From the IMG/VR virus record IMGVR_UViG_3300020200_000014, positions 21,059 to 85,058 of that record: a stretch of 64,000 nt of DNA. One strand, written 5' to 3'. Position 1 is the stretch's first letter; every line of letters begins with the position of its first letter. The DNA is from a virus. A model generated the notes under the pieces. That model ran no database searches, had not been told where the DNA came from, and was given only the letters and a program-made list of their open reading frames with translations. Made by a program: the position numbers and the translations under genes. Of the stretch, positions 59,265 to 64,000 are shown piece by piece.

Positions 59265-60453
59265 ATTAGTTGATTATGCTCTTAAAGCTGAAAAATTAAA
59301 CATGAGAGAAGAAGCTTTAGATGCTTTTTTAGCTCTCAAAGAAATCTTCCCAACTTGTCCTCTTGTAAGAATAAAATTAGCTATTGCATATCTCTATACA
59401 AAGCAATTTAAAGAAGGACTAAAAGAACTTGAACACAGATTTGATCCACCTATAGAAAATGAAATAACCAAAATGCAAAGCTGGCCAGCCTTCATGGGAT
59501 CATCTGCAACTTTTAAAAATTTCTATCAAAAACCCCTATGGGATGGTAAAGAAGATATCAAAGACAAAACAATATTAGTCTTTGATGAAGCTGGATTTGG
59601 TGACTATATCCAATACATCAGATATCTTCCAAAACTTAAAGAAAAAGGCTGCAAAATAATTTTGGAAGTTAAACCAGAACTGTATGAATTATTCCAGAAC
59701 TTAGGTGTAGAAACCACACTTTGGAATAAAGAAGAAAAAATGAAAGCTTTTTTCTTTGCAATGACAAAAATTAAAGGTTATAAACCTCCATTACCACCCC
59801 ATGATTACGTCGCTTCTGTATTCTCTTTCCCCTATTATTTTGACCCTGACCTAAGTAAAATTCCATTAGAGCAATACCTTTTCCCAAAACAAAAAACAAA
59901 TTTAATTGAAAAATCAAATAAATTTAAAATTGGTTTGGTTTGGGCTGGAAATAGACAAGATAGCTGTGACCAAAACCGCTCTTGTTATCTAAAAAAGCTC
60001 GCTATTCTAGCAGAAATCCCAAATGTTCAACTTTTTAGTTTACAAAAAGGCGATACAAAACTACAATTAGATGTCAAAAACAATATGATTCGTAATTGGG
60101 AAATCAATGGAGAATTTGAATCTGTAAATCTCCTTGAAGGAACTGAAAATCTAAACTTAATTGATCTAGACGCTAAAATTAACGATTTTACCGACACAGC
60201 ACAAGCTATACAGGAATTAGACCTAATTATTTCAATCGATTCCGCCGTTATTCACCTAACCGGAGCATTGAATAAATCTGGATTCCTTATGCTGCCATTT
60301 ACACAACCAGATTGGAGATGGCAACTAAATTGGTATCCTTCCGTAAAAATATTCAGACAAAAATCTCATAATGATTGGGAAGGGTTAATTCAAGAAGTTA
60401 AAAAAGAAGTGGAATCGGAAATAAATTTCAAGAAATTCAAAAATTCACCTTGA
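59248..60453 (+). CDS. TPR + GT9-like glycosyltransferase
   Basis: W.G, E.GFGDYIQ..RY, IGLVWAGN, SLQKG, DF.DTA..I..LDLIISIDSAVIHL.GAL, DWRW. Confidence 0.85.
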   Translation: MEQIAKLVDYALKAEKLNMREEALDAFLALKEIFPTCPLVRIKLAIAYLYTKQFKEGLKELEHRFDPPIENEITKMQSWPAFMGSSATFKNFYQKPLWDGKEDIKDKTILVFDEAGFGDYIQYIRYLPKLKEKGCKIILEVKPELYELFQNLGVETTLWNKEEKMKAFFFAMTKIKGYKPPLPPHDYVASVFSFPYYFDPDLSKIPLEQYLFPKQKTNLIEKSNKFKIGLVWAGNRQDSCDQNRSCYLKKLAILAEIPNVQLFSLQKGDTKLQLDVKNNMIRNWEINGEFESVNLLEGTENLNLIDLDAKINDFTDTAQAIQELDLIISIDSAVIHLTGALNKSGFLMLPFTQPDWRWQLNWYPSVKIFRQKSHNDWEGLIQEVKKEVESEINFKKFKNSP

Positions 60454-60477
60454 AAATTTTGAATTGCTGCGTATGAT
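60450..60477 (+). promoter_or_regulatory. sigma70-type promoter for the tRNA operon
   Basis: TTGAAA-16bp-TATGAT. Confidence 0.6.
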
Positions 60478-60501
60478 AAATGTATCAGTAGGAAAAAATA
60501 A

Positions 60502-60567
60502 ATGAAATTTTTGTTTACAAGCCTGTTTTCACTCAGTTATTCGTTATCCAGCGGACACGAAGAATGA
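60502..60567 (+). CDS. Putative attenuator leader peptide MKFLFTSLFSLSYSLSSGHEE
   Basis: SD AGGA 8 nt upstream; 14 of codons 3-17 are F/L/S/Y. Confidence 0.75.
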   Translation: MKFLFTSLFSLSYSLSSGHEE

Positions 60568-60635
60568 CCGTTTAGGCTTGTACAGTAGAGGATCAGAAAA
60601 CCTCAGGAGCTTAAACGGGTTCCTGAGGTTTTTTT
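60516..60635 (+). promoter_or_regulatory. Transcription attenuator (1:2, 2:3 antiterminator, 3:4 terminator)
   Basis: tacaagcct (60516-24) pairs with aggcttgta (60574-82); ccgtttaggctt (60568-79) pairs with gagcttaaacgg (60607-18); terminator aaaacctcaggagc...gttcctgaggtttt plus U-run. Confidence 0.75.
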
Positions 60636-60663
60636 ATTTTAATTGTACCAAGAAAGGTAAAAA

Positions 60664-60978
60664 ATGCCAGTTTTAAGTGATTTTCCTTGGGTCAAACAAG
60701 AAGAAGGATACTTTGAAACAAAATCCGTCTTCAAAATGATCCCAGCCACAAATGACTTAGTTGCCGGTAAAAATTACAGAGTTAAACTTGAAGATGGACC
60801 TGAGTATATTGGAAAGTTCAAGACGTTCAGATACAGAAAGAAAACACATGATAGCCCTTCTGTAGCTGTATTCCTTGAATTTGAAATTGCCATAACAGGT
60901 GGAACTGGAAATGTAGTTATGGCAGAAGATAAAGTTAAAGAACTAAGACAAGTTGATGCCCCGATTGTATCAACTTAG
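60664..60978 (+). CDS. Hypothetical protein in the tRNA operon
   Basis: ORF with SD AAGG. Confidence 0.65.
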   Translation: MPVLSDFPWVKQEEGYFETKSVFKMIPATNDLVAGKNYRVKLEDGPEYIGKFKTFRYRKKTHDSPSVAVFLEFEIAITGGTGNVVMAEDKVKELRQVDAPIVST

Positions 60979-61005
60979 CTATTTGACAATTTGGATTAAT
61001 TATAT

Positions 61006-61097
61006 GGAGAGAATGGCAGCTATTGGCAGGCTGTACTAGTCTTGAAAACTAGCGTATATGAATAGTATACTGAGGATTCGATTTCCTTTTCTCTCCG
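61006..61097 (+). tRNA. tRNA-Ser(UGA)
   Basis: GGAGAGA/TCTCTCC acceptor; CTAGT-CTTGAAA-ACTAG; long variable arm; atypical D arm. Confidence 0.8.
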
Positions 61098-61105
61098 CTT
61101 AGTTC

Positions 61106-61176
61106 GCAACCTTAGTGTAAAGGTCGCACGTCACTCTGAAGAAGTGAAGGACACGTTTCGATTACGTGAGGTTGCA
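61106..61176 (+). tRNA. tRNA-Phe(GAA)
   Basis: GCAACCT/AGGTTGC; TCACT-CTGAAGA-AGTGA; TTCGA T-loop. Confidence 0.85.
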
Positions 61177-61181
61177 TTGTT

Positions 61182-61266
61182 GGAGCGATGGCAGAGTGGC
61201 TTATTGCACCAGTCTAGAAAACTGGAGTCCCGAAAGGGAACAATGGTTCAAATCCATTTCGCTCCT
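61182..61266 (+). tRNA. tRNA-Ser(AGA)
   Basis: GGAGCGA/TCGCTCC; CCAGT-CTAGAAA-ACTGG; variable arm TCCC-GAAA-GGGA. Confidence 0.85.
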
Positions 61267-61276
61267 TTAATATTAT

Positions 61277-61352
61277 GGCACCGTAGACCAACTGGTAGGA
61301 GTCGCCACGCTTAGAACGTGGATAGTGATGGGTTCGAATCCCTCCGGTGCTA
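61277..61352 (+). tRNA. tRNA-Leu(UAG), short variable loop
   Basis: GGCACCG/CGGTGCT; CCACG-CTTAGAA-CGTGG. Confidence 0.8.
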
Positions 61353-61374
61353 CTTTAATTGTACCAAGAAAACT

Positions 61375-61740
61375 ATGAAACATGATTTGAAAGTTTGGCT
61401 TGTTTTAGTCCCAGAAACCTTAAATGGCAAGAAAATAAATCGCAGTTACCATCGAGCTTGGGATAAAAAAGTTAGAGATATTACAAAAGGATTGACGATA
61501 CATTATACAGCCAAAGGTCAATGGATAAATCCTGAAGATGGAAAATTAACGTTGGAAGGCATGATACCTGTTCACATGGCCTGCACAGATGAACAGATCG
61601 AAATAATAACGGACATGACGGTAGAATATTACGAACAAAAAGTTATAATGTACTACCCAATCGCCAATAAAGTTTTTTTTAAAAAGCGAAAAACCAATGA
61701 AATGGATTCGTTGCGAAGTGACAAGAAAAGTTTGTCATGA
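61375..61740 (+). CDS. Hypothetical protein in the tRNA operon
   Basis: Start reassigned to ATG 61375 (MKHDLKVW) because the track start lies inside a tRNA. Confidence 0.65.
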   Translation: MKHDLKVWLVLVPETLNGKKINRSYHRAWDKKVRDITKGLTIHYTAKGQWINPEDGKLTLEGMIPVHMACTDEQIEIITDMTVEYYEQKVIMYYPIANKVFFKKRKTNEMDSLRSDKKSLS

Positions 61741-61933
61741 TTCAATGTGGCATGCTGCATGATCAATGAAAAGAACTGCAAAAATGACAAGTGAAGATGT
61801 AGGAGAATATAATATTTGGCGGTGCGAACATTGTGAATGCTGGCATATAGGACACAAAAATAAAAAGATAGAATTTAATGAAGGTTATTACAATCCATTC
61901 CAAATTGAGAAATTGTTGTATAGGAGAAAATGA
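61697..61933 (+). pseudogene. Small Cys/His protein with an in-frame TGA at 61760
   Basis: MKWIRCEVTRKVCHDSMWHAA*SMK...WRCEHCECWHIGH. Confidence 0.5.
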
Positions 61934-62023
61934 GGGGCAAAGGCGAATATTGGCTTCGTCGCAACACTTTGCTAAAGTGTCCCGGCTTAAAATCCGGTTT
62001 GAGTTCGATTCTCAATTGTCCCG
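61934..62023 (+). tRNA. tRNA-Ser(GCU)
   Basis: GGGGCAA/TTGTCCC; ACACT-TTGCTAA-AGTGT; long variable arm. Confidence 0.8.
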
Positions 62024-62034
62024 TTGGAGCAAAT

Positions 62035-62220
62035 ATGAAAATCAAAGAAATTAGAGAACTTGTTAAAAGATTTTCCAGAACTTTAGATGCCAATTGCGAA
62101 AAAGATGAATATGATTGGTGGGGCAGTGATAGAGCAATTTGGAATAATTTAGCAAATCAGTTCTTAAAATGGTGCGAAAAGAATAGGAAAGATATTGAGA
62201 AAGAGGTATATTCGTCGTAA
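62035..62220 (+). CDS. Hypothetical protein
   Basis: MKIKEIRELVKRF; SD GGAG. Confidence 0.55.
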   Translation: MKIKEIRELVKRFSRTLDANCEKDEYDWWGSDRAIWNNLANQFLKWCEKNRKDIEKEVYSS

Positions 62221-62223
62221 AAG

Positions 62224-62298
62224 GGCCTGGTATGCAAACTTGGCAAAGCAATCAAGCTCAAACCTTGATGAATATGGGTTCGAATCCCATCTGGGCCA
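62224..62298 (+). tRNA. tRNA-Leu(CAA), short variable loop
   Basis: GGCCTGG/CTGGGCC; TCAAG-CTCAAAC-CTTGA; ATGGG-TTCGAAT-CCCAT. Confidence 0.8.
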
Positions 62299-62299
62299 A

Positions 62300-62394
62300 A
62301 AAATCTCCTGTCCGTGAGGGCATGTGGGTTCGACTCCCACCAGCCGCATTGAACACTAAGCGGCTGTGGCGGAATTGGTATACGCTGGAGACTT
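62300..62394 (+). tRNA. Circularly permuted tRNA-Leu(UAA): 3' half 62300-62348, 11-nt linker, 5' half 62360-62394
   Basis: All stems reconstitute: GCGGCTG/CAGCCGC, Leu-type D arm, GGAGA/TCTCC, TGTCC-GTGA-GGGCA, GTGGG-TTCGACT-CCCAC. Confidence 0.8.
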
Positions 62395-62483
62395 GTGTGG
62401 TGTTCCTGACGGCGCTCTGTAAAAGCGTTGGCAACTAAACATGTCAGGTGGATGCCGAAGGGGTTCGATTCCCTCATCACGCA
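62395..62483 (+). tRNA. Atypical tRNA-Tyr(GUA)-like RNA lacking a D arm
   Basis: GTGTGGT/ATCACGC acceptor; GGCGCT-CTGTAAA-AGCGTT; T arm present; CCTGAC/GTCAGG long-range pairing. Confidence 0.6.
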
Positions 62484-62751
62484 TTTTTTATATAAGATTT
62501 TTTCTAGAAACCTTACTTTGGGTGTGTTTTGTGAAAAAAGCAAAGGTTTTATTGGCATAAGGGAAAAATTTGGGTATAGATATTTAGATCAAGAATATCA
62601 TTGGGATCAAGGTCCTCCTCATGGTACAGCTAGCCCAAAAGAATTATTGGAAGAATGCCCATTGGGATTAGACCATAACAGCAAAGAACTATTTGAGTGG
62701 TTAGATCAACATGAAAAAAATACAAACAAGCAAGATTTGGACGCTATTTGA
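62484..62751 (+). CDS. Hypothetical phage protein, probably 5'-truncated
   Basis: SRNL..GVF, FIGIREKFG..YL..EYHWD.G.P.GT; track start overlaps the tRNA-like RNA. Confidence 0.4.
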
Positions 62752-62908
62752 CGATGATAGTGTTAAAAAGAAGTTGAAAGTTATGGATAAATGGGATGCG
62801 ATGATGGATGATAGTCGCAACCCTGAATGTGACATTGCTGAACAGGTTGAAAAATTCTTGGAATTAGGGAAGAGTTATCGAGTTACAATATCATTTGAAG
62901 AAGTTTAA
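62711..62908 (+). CDS. Hypothetical protein
   Basis: ORF track. Confidence 0.5.
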   Translation: MKKIQTSKIWTLFDDDSVKKKLKVMDKWDAMMDDSRNPECDIAEQVEKFLELGKSYRVTISFEEV

Positions 62909-63013
62909 TCAACACATACTGCCAATGCTAAATAAAAATTCATTTGAAATTGTAGATTCTTTACCAATAAACTTTACAGGAAAAATCCCAAATTTTCTTA
63001 AAGTTTATCCATA

Positions 63014-63118
63014 GGCGGCGGGAAAACCTCTACATCGAAGATGCTGGCTTGCGTCGGAAGTGAGCGAAGCGAACGACCAGAGCAAGCCAGCCCTTTAGGG
63101 TAGAGGATGAGAGCCGCC
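63014..63118. repeat. Nested palindromic element resembling an IS200/IS605 end or MITE
   Basis: ggcggc/gccgcc, cctctac/gtagagg and gctggcttgc/gcaagccagc stems; shares ccctttagggtag with the IS end at 46812. Confidence 0.6.
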
Positions 63119-63119
63119 T

Positions 63120-63383
63120 TTAGTGTGAATGACTAATGGTTACATCTGGTTCGACCTGAGTAACACTTGCACCGCTCAAAGATGCCTCTCCCTCTTTTCC
63201 CTCTTCCCTTTCATACAACTTGAACAACGTGTTCTGATAGTTACCATCAGGATTAAGGTCTTGGTAATGCCGCATCCCAAGATGTGTCTCCATATATTCA
63301 CGCAACCGAGACACCGCTTCGCTCTCGTCAGAAGCAACAGGACCATTGACGCCAGCAATGGTAGCGATAAATTTTACGCTCAT
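63120..63383 (-). CDS. Hypothetical protein
   Basis: ORF with SD AAGGAG; higher GC. Confidence 0.6.
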   Translation of the reverse strand: MSVKFIATIAGVNGPVASDESEAVSRLREYMETHLGMRHYQDLNPDGNYQNTLFKLYEREEGKEGEASLSGASVTQVEPDVTISHSH

Positions 63384-63802
63384 GCCATATCTCCTTCATT
63401 GTCCATGACGACGTGCAGGTGCTTGGTATATTTCCCGCCGTGTACCACATCATTGAACCATATGATGCACGACGAAGATTTTTCTCCACCTGCTACCTGT
63501 GCCAGACAAGACAACAACGAACTTAGACCCGCTCGGTTTAAGGTAATCAAAGCATTGTCGTTACTTCCAGGTGGTTGCGAAGGGCTAAGGTAAATTTTAG
63601 GGTTCTGACTGACTTCCTTATGAATATATTCAATATCGACACCATCAATTCTATACTCACAAAACTGATATGAAGTCCAAACAAACAACTTGTAGTCAGT
63701 TGGGTCTTTGTCAAAACCAACACTAATCTTACTAATACTTCGTCCAAGATACTTCTCGGACAAAAAATTCTTCACTTTAGTTGCTTGCTCTAATGTAGCC
63801 AT
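63380..63802 (-). CDS. Hypothetical protein
   Basis: Start reassigned to MATLEQ with SD AGGAG. Confidence 0.55.
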   Translation of the reverse strand: MATLEQATKVKNFLSEKYLGRSISKISVGFDKDPTDYKLFVWTSYQFCEYRIDGVDIEYIHKEVSQNPKIYLSPSQPPGSNDNALITLNRAGLSSLLSCLAQVAGGEKSSSCIIWFNDVVHGGKYTKHLHVVMDNEGDMA

Positions 63803-63983
63803 CTTCTTCGCTCCTCTCTTCTTTTTTAATGAAAACATGCCGTGACAATTTGCCCGCATATTTGTTCCACGCTTCTACAATCTCAAAAGGAGATGCAGTT
63901 TTGTGACGTAAATAAAAGTCCAAGAACTTAGTATAGTCAGATTGAGACAATTCAGCCAAGTCTATATGGTATATGTTTTTCAT
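63777..63983 (-). CDS. Hypothetical protein
   Basis: ORF track. Confidence 0.5.
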   Translation of the reverse strand: MKNIYHIDLAELSQSDYTKFLDFYLRHKTASPFEIVEAWNKYAGKLSRHVFIKKEERSEEDGYIRASN

Positions 63984-64000
63984 TGTTAGTTCGTTTCCTG

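Noticed and set aside
60983-61012. Internal sigma70 promoter (TTGACA) before tRNA-Ser that would bypass the attenuator
   Set aside because: No plausible -10 box at 16-18 bp spacing; that position falls inside the tRNA
62300-62394. Prophage attL/attR or an intron-split tRNA as explanation for the tRNA halves
   Set aside because: Order is 3' half then 5' half with only 11 nt between; no integrase, duplicated core or intron present. A duplication/deletion scar is not fully excluded.
61875-62558. ORF-track entries 61875..62093, 62063..62251, 62157..62558, 62164..62349, 62232..62438 and the 5' parts of 61318, 61930 and 62428
   Set aside because: They overlap tRNA genes or are antisense to real genes
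3191-63747. Many short antisense or nested ORFs (e.g. 3191, 3649, 16287, 26568, 33968, 41012, 49913, 55742, 63129)
   Set aside because: They are shadows of well-supported genes on the other strand or frame, with no motifs or start signals
1-64000. Stop-codon reassignment (alternative genetic code)
   Set aside because: Long conserved genes are intact in code 11; TAA, TAG and TGA all end genes at sensible places; no suppressor tRNA found

Overview
AT-rich segment of a large (jumbo/huge) T4-like myovirus genome in the standard genetic code. It encodes neck (gp13/gp14), tail terminator (gp15), sheath-like, three tail-tube-like, baseplate gp26/gp51, late sigma (gp55-like), gp46/47 (SbcCD), RuvC, TerL-ATPase, CTP synthase and class II RNR (mini-intein) genes. 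It also holds a glycan-biosynthesis island, five free-standing endonucleases, two TnpB genes, and about 10 proteins with a T4-type capsid-targeting N-terminus, one of them a nicotinamidase. A Planctomycetota host is a tentative inference from recalled similarity of a few genes. The main discovery is at 60450-62483. A sigma70 promoter drives a 21-aa leader peptide in which 14 of 15 central codons are Phe/Leu/Ser/Tyr. It sits in a classic 1:2 / 2:3 / 3:4 attenuator upstream of a tRNA array made only of Ser/Phe/Leu/Tyr tRNAs. The array includes a circularly permuted tRNA-Leu(UAA) split in the anticodon loop, a D-armless tRNA-Tyr-like RNA with a possible pseudoknot, and an A34 tRNA-Ser(AGA). All calls are from manual reading and motif recognition; no database searches or folding programs were run.
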